Positions 37,304-46,433 of a stretch of DNA of 59,104 nucleotides are shown here, in pieces. A program made the translations under genes and the position numbers. The DNA is from Spirochaetales bacterium. Lineage in GTDB: Bacteria > Spirochaetota > Spirochaetia > SZUA-6. Positions within the stretch are counted from its first letter, which is position 1. Every line of letters starts with the position of its first letter. The stretch is from NCBI GenBank assembly GCA_027021365.1, contig JALUUM010000015.1, positions 1-59,104 of the forward strand. The letters are read 5' to 3'. Under the pieces are notes generated by a model. The model was not told where the DNA came from and made no database searches. It worked only from the letters and a program-made list of their open reading frames with translations.

Positions 37304-38565
37304 AATTCACTCCTCAGGCACTCGGTGATTTCCATTTTAAGTGCCCTTGATGTCGGGACAAGGGCAACAAGCATCGATGCAACTATTCCGAATACAAAGG
37401 CTACAACAAACACCTTTAAATCCCAGGCTCCCCGCATCAATCCGGAGGTTCTGTAGCCCACATCCATGTCACCTATCATGCCTGTAAAGTCTATGCCATA
37501 GTTTACCATGTAGAAGGAGAGAACGGCTCCAAGTGCTATGCCGATAAGTGAGCCGATAAAGCCTATTCCCCCTGCTTCCAGGAGGAAGGAGAGCTTAACC
37601 TCCCGGTCATTCATTCCCATTGCGCGCATCATGCCTATCTCACCCATCCTCTCGTACAGTGCCATAAGCATGGTGTTGGAGATACCGACCGCCGCTATTA
37701 TGAAAATGAGAAAGAGAATAATCTTCGTAGCCCCGCGCTTTCCCTCTGCAATAGCAACGTAGTCCTTCCCCAATTCCCTCCAGCTCTCCACAACAAGATT
37801 CTTTCCGCCCGGGCTTTCTGTCCCTTGCATGCCAGAGAGCTTTCTTTGCAACTCTGCCACCTTCTTTTCGGGCGACTTCCATTCGGGAAAGTGAAGTGCC
37901 ATCTCCGTTACCCTTCCTTCCATCCGAAGAGCCCTGTTAGCAACATCTATCGGTATAAAGGCAACGCCATTGTTTATCTGAGGGTTGGGACAGTCCATAA
38001 TGCCTGTAACCAAGAGGTCCATTGTCTGAAAGGCCCCGAGCCTGCTTCTCGTTTTCACGATAACGACATCACCCACATCGACATGCAGGTCACGTGCGAG
38101 GTTTTTACCGATGAGCACCTCATCTTTCCCCTTCTCGAGGTATTTGCCACGGCTCAGGGTCTCCTTCAACCTGAAGACACTTTCATCCCTCTTGGGGTCT
38201 ATCCCAATCATCTTAACGGGCAGGGAACCCTCGCTGTCATACATCTCGACAAGGAATGATATTCGGGGCGTCCAGGTAAAACCGGAATCTTCAACAGCCC
38301 CGATAAGGTCCTTTTCGGGTATGAATGAGTTTTTAAGGGGTAGATAATCTATATTCTTCCAGAAATCCTTTTCCATAATCTTTGCTGAGGCTGTTTCATA
38401 CCACACGAGGTTACGTTCCGATTCCTTCTCCAGGCCCAGGAGCATGGAATCCACCCATATATACATTGCAATACCGGTAGCTATTGCAATGGCAGTTATT
38501 ATCGTTCTTTTTCTGTGACGGGAAAGGTTTTTCCAGGCAAGTGCAAGGAGAAACTTCATATTCAA
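37300..38565 (-). CDS. ABC transporter permease, FtsX/MacB/LolC-E type (second copy)
   Basis: Same architecture as the first copy, with a 4-nt overlap to its neighbour. Confidence 0.85.
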   Translation of the reverse strand: MNMKFLLALAWKNLSRHRKRTIITAIAIATGIAMYIWVDSMLLGLEKESERNLVWYETASAKIMEKDFWKNIDYLPLKNSFIPEKDLIGAVEDSGFTWTPRISFLVEMYDSEGSLPVKMIGIDPKRDESVFRLKETLSRGKYLEKGKDEVLIGKNLARDLHVDVGDVVIVKTRSRLGAFQTMDLLVTGIMDCPNPQINNGVAFIPIDVANRALRMEGRVTEMALHFPEWKSPEKKVAELQRKLSGMQGTESPGGKNLVVESWRELGKDYVAIAEGKRGATKIILFLIFIIAAVGISNTMLMALYERMGEIGMMRAMGMNDREVKLSFLLEAGGIGFIGSLIGIALGAVLSFYMVNYGIDFTGMIGDMDVGYRTSGLMRGAWDLKVFVVAFVFGIVASMLVALVPTSRALKMEITECLRSEL

Positions 38566-39245
38566 GCCTCCCTGCTTTTCTCTTCCACAATACGCCCATC
38601 GTGTAGAAGTACAAGGCGCCTTGCAAAATCCATAACCATAGGATCGTGAGTGGAAAAGATGAAGGTGATTTCGTGTTTTTCATTAAGCCCAGCCATTAGT
38701 TCAAGGATATCCTTACCGGTCTTTGAATCCAGATTGGCGGTAGGCTCGTCTGCAAGTACAAGTTCCGGTTCCTTTACCAGTGCCCTTGCTATGGCAACAC
38801 GCTGCTGCTGGCCCCCGGAAAGCTCTGCAGGAAACCTCCTCTCAAGACCTCCGAGGCCCACCTCTTCCAGAATCTTCATCGTCCTGTCACGTATTTCCCT
38901 GTCGCTCAAACCCAGGAGGGAGAGGGAGAAAGAGACATTCTCGTATGCCGTGAGCACAGGAATCAGGTTGAAGGATTGAAAGACAAAGCCAAGTTTTCTC
39001 CTTCTTAGAAGTGCAAGCTCCTTTTTGTTTTTTTCCGCTACAGCCTCATCATCGATGAATATTTCACCCTCAGTTGCCTTGTCGAGGCATCCGATTAAGT
39101 TTAAAAGTGTCGTCTTACCGGAGCCTGAGGGCCCTGCAATGGAGATAAACTCACCCTCTTTAACCTCGAGAGTTACACCCCTAAGTGCATTTACAACTGT
39201 TTTTCCCACATGATAATCCTTTTTAACATCAACTACCCTAACCAT
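38562..39245 (-). CDS. ABC transporter ATP-binding protein (LolD/MacB-type)
   Basis: Walker A is GPSGSGKTT, the signature motif is LSGGQQQRVAIARAL and Walker B is LVLADEPTANLD. Confidence 0.9.
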   Translation of the reverse strand: MVRVVDVKKDYHVGKTVVNALRGVTLEVKEGEFISIAGPSGSGKTTLLNLIGCLDKATEGEIFIDDEAVAEKNKKELALLRRRKLGFVFQSFNLIPVLTAYENVSFSLSLLGLSDREIRDRTMKILEEVGLGGLERRFPAELSGGQQQRVAIARALVKEPELVLADEPTANLDSKTGKDILELMAGLNEKHEITFIFSTHDPMVMDFARRLVLLHDGRIVEEKSREA

Positions 39246-39251
39246 ACCTGC

Positions 39252-40397
39252 TTACTCCTTTTCCTCTTCTTTGCCTTTTCCTTTGACTTGTTCTTTGACT
39301 TGTTCCTTGCTTGCAGCCTCGATGCTCTTGCCAAGAGCCACAGTCCCCAAGGCAGAACCCATCGACATTGTTTCTACTGCACTCGAGGGAAGAAGTATAA
39401 TGGAACCCTGCTTCTTCATCCCCTCGAATATCATGTTCATTGCCCGAAGGTGAAGGGCAGTCGGGTTGTCCCTGTACCTCTCAGAGGCCTTGGCAAATTT
39501 CTCTGCAATCTCAACCTCGGCGGTACCAAGTATCACCCTCGACTTTCTCTCCCTCTCAGCCTGAGCCTGTTTGGACATGGCATCTTCCAGTTCCTTTGGA
39601 ATTATTATGTCGCTTATCTCTATGGAGAGAATACTAATGCCCCAGGGATTTGTCTTTGCATCCAGTATCGCCTGTATTTCCTTACCCAGCCTTTCGCGCT
39701 CAGAGAGGAGCACGGCAAGGTCATTCTTTCCAATGGAGTCACGAAGGGCAGCTTGAGATGCAAGTATTACCGCCTCTGTGAAATTCTCTACCTCTAAGAC
39801 GGCCTTCTTTGCATCCCACACCATCCAGAATGCAATGGCATCCACATTGGTGGGAACGGTGTCCCTTGTTAATGTTGTCTCAGCCCTGAAATCCGTTGCG
39901 CGTATCCTTGTATCAACATACTGAACAACAGAATCTATTATCGGAAATATAAGGAAAAGCCCGGGGCCCTTTAAGGACCTGTACTTTCCGAGCCTGAATA
40001 CAACTGCCTTCTCCCACTCGCGGGCTATCTGGAAGGAGGGAGAGACTAAGAGCCCTGCAGAGAGTATGGAAAAAATCGTGTAGTAATCCTCACCTATAAA
40101 GAAAAACATGGCACCCCATGAAACCACGAGAAGCTCCAATACTGTATCCCAGGAGGGAAAGGCGATAAGCAGGCCGCCTGCAACAAGGCTGCCCAGTGCA
40201 ATATAGACAATTATTGTTACGCTTGTGTCTCCGTAGACCTGGAACTGAAGGGTAATGCCTATGGCGAGAAATAAAAGGAGAATCAGAAATCCAATGGAAT
40301 TGAAAATAAAATCCTTCTTTATGTGGAACAGCTTCTTTGAAAGGCCAAGATTCTTGATAAGCGGTTCTTTCTTTCCTTTAATTTTAATGTTTGTCAT
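39252..40397 (-). CDS. SPFH/Band-7 (stomatin-like) membrane protein with extended N-terminal TM region and K/E-rich tail
   Basis: SPFH core (VQYVDTRIRATDFRAETTLTRDTVPTNVDAIAFW...), a coiled coil, and a KEQVKEQVKGKGKEEEKE tail. Confidence 0.8.
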   Translation of the reverse strand: MTNIKIKGKKEPLIKNLGLSKKLFHIKKDFIFNSIGFLILLLFLAIGITLQFQVYGDTSVTIIVYIALGSLVAGGLLIAFPSWDTVLELLVVSWGAMFFFIGEDYYTIFSILSAGLLVSPSFQIAREWEKAVVFRLGKYRSLKGPGLFLIFPIIDSVVQYVDTRIRATDFRAETTLTRDTVPTNVDAIAFWMVWDAKKAVLEVENFTEAVILASQAALRDSIGKNDLAVLLSERERLGKEIQAILDAKTNPWGISILSIEISDIIIPKELEDAMSKQAQAERERKSRVILGTAEVEIAEKFAKASERYRDNPTALHLRAMNMIFEGMKKQGSIILLPSSAVETMSMGSALGTVALGKSIEAASKEQVKEQVKGKGKEEEKE

Positions 40398-40801
40398 TTT
40401 TTTTCTCCATATCTATTGGTTTTGTATTCCTTAAGGTAATTTGTGAGCTCGTCTATTGAAAAACCGTAGGAGGAAGCCTTGGTTATGAAGTCTCTTGTCA
40501 GCTCGGAAAGCACCCTTTCCCTCTCGATGTCATCCAGAACCACCTCTTTGTCACTTATAAACGTTCCAGTTCCCTGCTGGCTGTTTACAAGCCCCCTTAT
40601 CTCAAGCTCATTGTAGGCCCTTGCTACAGTATTGGGATTAACCTGAAGTTCTACGGCAAGTCCCCTTACCGTGGGGAGCTGGTCGCCCGTTGTAAGCCTG
40701 CCATCAGCTATTGCCATTTCTATCTGGAGAATTATCTGCTTGTAGAAGGGGATACCGCTTCGGGGATCCAGGGTAAAGCTTAATGTTTTTTCATTTTCCA
40801 A
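40394..40801 (-). CDS. GntR family regulator, YtrA-like short subtype (TTG start)
   Basis: HTH motif TVRGLAVELQVNPNTVARAYNELE with a short C-terminal domain. An SD sequence (GGAGGT) lies 6 nt upstream of the TTG. Confidence 0.85.
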   Translation of the reverse strand: MENEKTLSFTLDPRSGIPFYKQIILQIEMAIADGRLTTGDQLPTVRGLAVELQVNPNTVARAYNELEIRGLVNSQQGTGTFISDKEVVLDDIERERVLSELTRDFITKASSYGFSIDELTNYLKEYKTNRYGEKK

Positions 40802-40927
40802 TCAGCCACCTCCCCTGCCTTTATTGTTTATCAACCTTAAAAGCTGCTTCTTTGGCCGGCATAAAGCATCTCTTATTTCCGCCGCCTCATATTACGGTTC
40901 AATCCTCATACCAACCCCATATTGTAC

Positions 40928-40945
40928 TATTGTATTAATACAATA
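40928..40945. promoter_or_regulatory. 18-bp perfect palindrome tattgtattaatacaata (GT-N-AC core typical of GntR operators) plus related half-copy at 40952-40967
   Basis: Exact inverted repeat lying in the 356-bp region upstream of the GntR operon. Confidence 0.5.
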
Positions 40946-41093
40946 TACATTTAGTACATTAATACACTTTTGCCTTGGTTGTCAATGGATTTTTCGATTT
41001 TAATATTTTTCAGAAACTCTGAACGTAATCAACCTACGGGAATCATGGCAAAGATAAAGGAGACGAATTGATATTATCTAACCGGTTACTAAC

Positions 41094-41133
41094 AATAAAA
41101 AACCTGCGGTATCTTACCAGGGATACCGCAGGT
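41094..41133 (-). terminator. rho-independent terminator after the 688-aa OM protein gene
   Basis: 12-bp stem acctgcggtatc/gataccgcaggt, then TTTTTTATT on the minus strand. Confidence 0.7.
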
Positions 41134-41157
41134 AATTTTAGTCAGAGGCTTTGCAGT

Positions 41158-43224
41158 TTATTTGGAAGGTATATGGAATGAAACACTCAATCCAAGTGTA
41201 GATATGAAAGTATTGGGATTGAATCCTCCCCCTCCTCCGAAAATACTGAAATTAAGAGCATTCATAATACTGTTGCCAAAGAAATCAACGGTCATGCTTT
41301 CATTTAGCATCCAGCGCAGCATGAAGCTCATAATTCCATTCCAAGCAGTTGTAGTCTTCCATGTAGTTTCTTCCACCTGTGTCGTTACGCTTTGTCCGGT
41401 TTGTGTATAGACCTCATTTCCGGCAGTATCATTAATAATCGTATCGACATCAACAGAACCACTTGGTGTCCTTACATACTCTATCTTTATCTCATGATTG
41501 AGCGTGTAACCTCCAATAAGTTTTAGCTTATCCTTTTTGATGTTGAGAGTTATTCCTACGGGGATATAAAAATCATGCTTGTATGTATTTGATATCTTAT
41601 TCCCGTTGTAGGTAGTTGTGGTTACCCTGGTACTTGAACCCTGATGCTCGTTTCCGGCGCTTGCAGCAATTGAACCGGAAGGACATATCCATGAAGCATC
41701 GGTTACAGTTGCATCTGCAACAGGATCCGTTCCAGTGGTATCTGTCCAGCTGAAAGCTTCATTGGTTACAGCACCTGACATATCAGTAGATGAAAGTACT
41801 ATAGAAGGATCGTAGAAGAATCCAGCTCCTATCTGCACAAAGCCTGAAGGATCATTAAACTCGAGAATACCGCCAACTTCCGAAGCTATGGTGTGGGATG
41901 TATTCTTTGATGGAGCCGTTACCGTTTTTGTATAGGTAAACACTGAGGGATTAGCCGCTGAATTTGATTCTGAATAATTTATCGATTGCGTTGCAGCCTG
42001 AGTATTGTCGCTCACAGACAAGTTATACATGACATCGACTCTTGTTCTTACTTTAAATACATTGTTTACCTCTATCTGAGGATCAGCCTGCACCTCCAAT
42101 CCGGTGGTGAAGTTAGTATTCTTATACCCTGTAGTATCCAGTGCGGCACTTGATGCGTAGGCAGTATCAATATCGCTTCGTAACTGCGCCGTTGTTCTTG
42201 TCTGTTGTGAATTAACGGCAAGTACACCTGCTGTAGTATCAGGATCCCAGCCTGTATTCATTACCTGTCCCACTGTATAGCTAAGGGTCGAATTGTCCGT
42301 TGCTGTTGATGCACCTGTTACATTGGTCGTTGTATACGCCACCGTCATCGGAGGATTGTATGAAGGGCTTCCTGATGGGAGTCCGCCGAAAAGAATATTT
42401 CCTCGTAATGGTAACAATATCCCAAACACCTGTAGAGGTTTGAGGTCTCCGTTTATCTGGACGAACCAGCTTGATGCAGCAGATGGCCATGATATTACAC
42501 TTCCGTCTGCAGAACCGAAATACACCGCCTTTCTCGTTATCTCATCATTAAGGGCTGCCGTCGCTCCCTCAGCCCAGGTATATACGTAAGAGCCTCCCAG
42601 AGCCCTTCTCTGAGAAGTCAATGATGCAGTTAGGGAAAGGCCAAGGAAACCAAGATCTATACCTGTTGTTCCTCCCGCCATGTTAATTGAATAAAAATCC
42701 GTATAGTTTTCCGTATTGCTTGAAGTCCAATCTGCAGTACCATCCAATGGTGCGGAATCCTCCGTGTGGTTCTGGGTGTTTGTCCAGACACTCTGAGTTC
42801 CGGTCGTACTGTTCGTGTCAGCCCCAATTGCCATACCATCTACAGTTGTTAATGAAAAACCCGTTCCGAAGCCCAGCCTGTAACTCATGAATGGCATAAT
42901 AAGCCCAAGCATATAAGAACCACCCGGTGTAAATGTTGTTGTTGCAAAGGGATTCACATTAAATGCAGCGGTAGGGCTATTCCACTGGTAATAGTTTCCA
43001 TATGCTGTGAAAATATTGTAACCGGAATAATTGGAAAGCTCACTTGTGGCAGGACCAAGAATATCGATCTCGTCATACCAGATTCCGGATGAAACAAAGC
43101 TCAGCATGGATGCAGGGTATGTTCCAATGTTGGTATACGGATTTATCCACGTGAACGTCTGAGCAGAAATCCCTGCCAGCATCACAAAGAATACCAGCAC
43201 AATCAAAATGAATCTTTTTTTCAT
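41158..43224 (-). CDS. large Thr/Ser/Asn/Gly-rich secreted outer-membrane (toga porin-like) protein
   Basis: 688 aa with a signal peptide, amphipathic beta-strand composition, the ending ...SVSFHIPSK, and a strong RBS. Confidence 0.5.
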   Translation of the reverse strand: MKKRFILIVLVFFVMLAGISAQTFTWINPYTNIGTYPASMLSFVSSGIWYDEIDILGPATSELSNYSGYNIFTAYGNYYQWNSPTAAFNVNPFATTTFTPGGSYMLGLIMPFMSYRLGFGTGFSLTTVDGMAIGADTNSTTGTQSVWTNTQNHTEDSAPLDGTADWTSSNTENYTDFYSINMAGGTTGIDLGFLGLSLTASLTSQRRALGGSYVYTWAEGATAALNDEITRKAVYFGSADGSVISWPSAASSWFVQINGDLKPLQVFGILLPLRGNILFGGLPSGSPSYNPPMTVAYTTTNVTGASTATDNSTLSYTVGQVMNTGWDPDTTAGVLAVNSQQTRTTAQLRSDIDTAYASSAALDTTGYKNTNFTTGLEVQADPQIEVNNVFKVRTRVDVMYNLSVSDNTQAATQSINYSESNSAANPSVFTYTKTVTAPSKNTSHTIASEVGGILEFNDPSGFVQIGAGFFYDPSIVLSSTDMSGAVTNEAFSWTDTTGTDPVADATVTDASWICPSGSIAASAGNEHQGSSTRVTTTTYNGNKISNTYKHDFYIPVGITLNIKKDKLKLIGGYTLNHEIKIEYVRTPSGSVDVDTIINDTAGNEVYTQTGQSVTTQVEETTWKTTTAWNGIMSFMLRWMLNESMTVDFFGNSIMNALNFSIFGGGGGFNPNTFISTLGLSVSFHIPSK

Positions 43225-43247
43225 TTGAAACCTCCTAAAAAATTTAT

Positions 43248-43256
43248 TCAGTTATA
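43248..43256 (-). promoter_or_regulatory. extended -10 (TGGTATAAT) promoter of the 688-aa OM protein gene
   Basis: The minus strand reads cgttgTGGTATAATg, about 25 nt before the GGAGG-ATG. Confidence 0.45.
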
Positions 43257-43298
43257 CATTATACCACAACGAATAAGAAAAGCTTGTTTTCTTCTTAA

Positions 43299-43329
43299 AT
43301 TGCTAAAAATTGACTATCATAAGTATTGG
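43299..43329 (+). promoter_or_regulatory. consensus sigma70 promoter TTGACT-17-TATAAT on the plus strand
   Basis: Perfect -10 with 17-nt spacing. About 68 nt separate it from the first in-frame start (TTG 43398), and there is no SD. Confidence 0.5.
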
Positions 43330-43397
43330 GCGTATAATTATAAATGGAGGGTATATATATGAAATAATCTATATTTCTCTTTGGTTCAGTCGCTTTC

Positions 43398-44003
43398 TTG
43401 CTTGTTCTCTGTACCTTTCTAGCCGCTCAACCTACATTTCAGGCAGGGTTAGGAGCACAGATAATGCCCGGCCAGTATTATTTCGCCCTTTTGTTCAATT
43501 ATATCGATATGAAGAACAACACTGGAATAGAATTACTCGATTCTAACGAGGTCATGCCTGTCACATATCTGGGGGTAAACGTCTTTGCCTCAATTCGTAT
43601 TTCAAACCTCATGATCATGCTTTTCGGAAGCCTAAATCATCCCAATAAAATTACCATTGCATATGAGGATACGGGAGTTCCCTACACCATTGAGCACAAG
43701 GCTCTTTTTCTTACAGGCACTATCTGGATGGGGCTTGTCATTGATATAATGAATAAAGGCTCAATTTACCTTTGTACAGGTCTTTCTTTCATGTATGGAG
43801 AATGGAGGGATAAAGTAGATGCAGGTGAAGCAGGCAGCTTAATAGCAAACCAGAGCAAAGACAGGCAGTATAAAGGAATGGGAATTATTTTCCCCTTCAT
43901 GCTTGGCAGTGAGGGGCTTATAACAAAAAAGATCGGAGTTGGCCTTGACCTTATAATGATTACCCAGCAGATTATGCTTGAAACATTCTCTAAAAAATCT
44001 TGA
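43398..44003 (+). CDS. hypothetical secreted/OM-associated small protein (start uncertain, TTG)
   Basis: 201 aa with a hydrophobic N-terminus and beta-rich composition. The upstream in-frame region (SIFLFGSVAF) looks like a signal-peptide continuation but has no start codon. Confidence 0.3.
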   Translation: MLVLCTFLAAQPTFQAGLGAQIMPGQYYFALLFNYIDMKNNTGIELLDSNEVMPVTYLGVNVFASIRISNLMIMLFGSLNHPNKITIAYEDTGVPYTIEHKALFLTGTIWMGLVIDIMNKGSIYLCTGLSFMYGEWRDKVDAGEAGSLIANQSKDRQYKGMGIIFPFMLGSEGLITKKIGVGLDLIMITQQIMLETFSKKS

Positions 44004-44217
44004 CCCTTCCGACAATACCTACAATATTATTGCCTTTTCCATTGGTTCCAGCAAAATGGGAACGCCAATCAGCTCCGCTGTTTTTCTGACACGTTTATAT
44101 GTTGTGTATCATATAAATTAAATTACCCGGGCTTCTTTTTTATTTTCTTAGTTTGAAAACTTCAGTCTTTTTGATAAGATAAACTTAAGCAATATCTTAT
44201 AAGTATTCTATAGGATT

Positions 44218-45381
44218 ATGAAGAAACAGATACAAATGATTGATATAACAGAGGTAACAAGTAAAAGGGATATAAATGATTTCCTGAACCTGCCCTACAA
44301 CCTCTTTCACAACCATGAGAACTTCATAGCACCGCCAAAGATACTCATAAGAGACATCCTGAAGAAGGAGAACAACCCCTACTTTAGGGACGGTGAGTTG
44401 AAAATCTTCCTTGCAAGAAAAGAGGGTAAAATTGTTGGAAGGGCAATGCTCGGTTACTCAGGCTCTTTCGTAAACCTCATTAACAAGCGGGAAGGAATCT
44501 TCTCGCTCTTCGATTTCACCGAGGACTACGGGGTTTTCAAAGCCCTTGTTGATGCAATGAAGGAAGCAGCAAAGAGGTGGAACCTCCAAACAATTAAAGG
44601 GCCCATGGCTCCCGACGGGGAGGACAACTTCCGAGGGCTCCTTACTGAGGGCTTCCATTATGACCCGTACTTTCTAACAAACTGGAATCCCCCCTACTAC
44701 GAAGGCTTTTATGAGAGGTACGGTTTTTCAAGCTACAACACCCTTTACGCCCTCAAGCTGAAGCCGGATGCCTTGCTCTTTGAAAGGTTCGAGAAACTTG
44801 CGGAAAAAACCAGTAAACGTTACGGGCTTACCATCAGGCCCTTCGAAAAGAGATACAAGGAGCGTGAAATATCAATTATCAAACGAATAATAGACGAAAC
44901 CTTCACGGAAGATTTGATAGAGGACTGGGGTGACTTTCTTCCGCCCGATGAGGAGGGAATCCGCTATTTCGTCAACTCACTCTCGTGGCTCGCAGAACCC
45001 AGACTCGTTCTCCTTGCCTTTGCAAAGGGAGAACCTGCCGGCCTCGTTGTCGGAATTCCCGATTACAACAGACTATTCAAAGGCTTAAAGGGCAATATCT
45101 TTCCCAAAGCTGCCTTCAGACTTCTCTTTGCCAGGAAAAGAATAGACAGGGCACGAATCCTGATATTCGTCGTGAGCCACAAGCACAGGAACAAGGGAGT
45201 AGATTTGAACCTTATGTACCAACTCTTTAAAAACGGTATGGAGCTCGGATACAACGAAGCTGAAGGCTCTTCCATCGGAGAGGAGAACTATCCCATGTGG
45301 AAGGCAGTTGCCCATATAGGGGGAAAGGTGTACAAGAAGTACAAATTCTATGCACTGGATACCCTCGATACCCGGGCATGA
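44218..45381 (+). CDS. uncharacterised ~45-kDa protein, possibly acyl-CoA N-acyltransferase (GNAT/FemAB-like) fold
   Basis: Long ORF with good coding statistics. Motif similarity is weak and the assignment is tentative. Confidence 0.3.
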   Translation: MKKQIQMIDITEVTSKRDINDFLNLPYNLFHNHENFIAPPKILIRDILKKENNPYFRDGELKIFLARKEGKIVGRAMLGYSGSFVNLINKREGIFSLFDFTEDYGVFKALVDAMKEAAKRWNLQTIKGPMAPDGEDNFRGLLTEGFHYDPYFLTNWNPPYYEGFYERYGFSSYNTLYALKLKPDALLFERFEKLAEKTSKRYGLTIRPFEKRYKEREISIIKRIIDETFTEDLIEDWGDFLPPDEEGIRYFVNSLSWLAEPRLVLLAFAKGEPAGLVVGIPDYNRLFKGLKGNIFPKAAFRLLFARKRIDRARILIFVVSHKHRNKGVDLNLMYQLFKNGMELGYNEAEGSSIGEENYPMWKAVAHIGGKVYKKYKFYALDTLDTRA

Positions 45382-45417
45382 TTCTTTCCCGTTCCCCCTT
45401 AACAACCTGCCAATGTC

Positions 45418-45930
45418 CTAAATAAACTCGGCTACTTCCGACAGGCTCTTACGTTTCTTCTCTTTTGCCTTGTAACCCTCCCTCGGATATCCCAGCGGGG
45501 TTATGGCAAAAACCTGTTCACTCCTCTTCAAGCCCAGCGTCTTACGCAGGCAGGCCGAATCGAAAGCACCGATCCAGCATGTTCCCACACCTTCGTTGGC
45601 CGCGGCAAGAATCAAATGATCCATCGCTATTGCAAGATCGGTTTCCAACGAATTGTACCCGTCACTTCTCACCCAGGAGGCATTGTAATCGCCGGCTACT
45701 ATCAAAACCTGCGGTGCATCCTGAAACCACGATGCGGTATAACACTTCTTCACTTTCCCAAGCATCTCGTCGCTCTCCACCACGATAAAACGCCATGGCT
45801 GACTGTTTACCGCAGAAGGCGCCATCCTTCCCGCATCCAGGATACGCTCGAGAACTTCACGCGGAACCGGCCTGGAGGGATCGTAGTCCCTGATACTCTT
45901 TCTTTCCCTGACAAGTTCGTAATACTCCAT
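45418..45930 (-). CDS. nitroreductase family protein
   Basis: RKSIRDY, APSAVNSQPWRFIVV and GIGTCWIG motifs. Confidence 0.9.
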   Translation of the reverse strand: MEYYELVRERKSIRDYDPSRPVPREVLERILDAGRMAPSAVNSQPWRFIVVESDEMLGKVKKCYTASWFQDAPQVLIVAGDYNASWVRSDGYNSLETDLAIAMDHLILAAANEGVGTCWIGAFDSACLRKTLGLKRSEQVFAITPLGYPREGYKAKEKKRKSLSEVAEFI

Positions 45931-46433
45931 TTCTCCTCCCCCCGATAGATATACAATATACCCTTAAAAATGTAAATAACGATTGCACATCTATATTATT
46001 ATTACCATTTACCATAAGGGTTTGCCATATCTGCCCTGTCATACTCTGCAACAATACCGAAGGGCATCAATGATACCAGAACCACCCATACACCATACGG
46101 TAAAAAGAAATCTTCGATGGCGCTCTACCCTCGGCCAATTCGATCGCCCTTCTCGATCTGTTGATACTGACAGGCCTTACCGGAAATACCCGATACAGGG
46201 ATATGCTCTACCCTGCCTTCGAGGAGGCACTTGCAGTAAAGGGAACGGCATCCTACTTCCCTGCCTGTTACAGATAAGGATTCACTGGTAAAAATTCTAG
46301 AGAAATAACAAGTAAATTCAAAAAAAGCTCAAAACAGGTACTTGACTTCTCATTTTCGATATATTAGTATAAATATAAGATTCCAAAAACGTTTTTGCTA
46401 CATTGTGTTATTTATTTTAATATATGTGGGTGT

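Noticed and set aside
39281-39306. Tandem ctttgacttgtt x2 repeat
   Set aside because: It lies within the SPFH gene and encodes the repeated KEQVKEQVK tail. It is a coding low-complexity repeat.
45983-46291. 102-aa ORF in the long intergenic gap
   Set aside because: It has no RBS and an implausible composition. The adjacent frame carries the more protein-like remnant reported as a finding.
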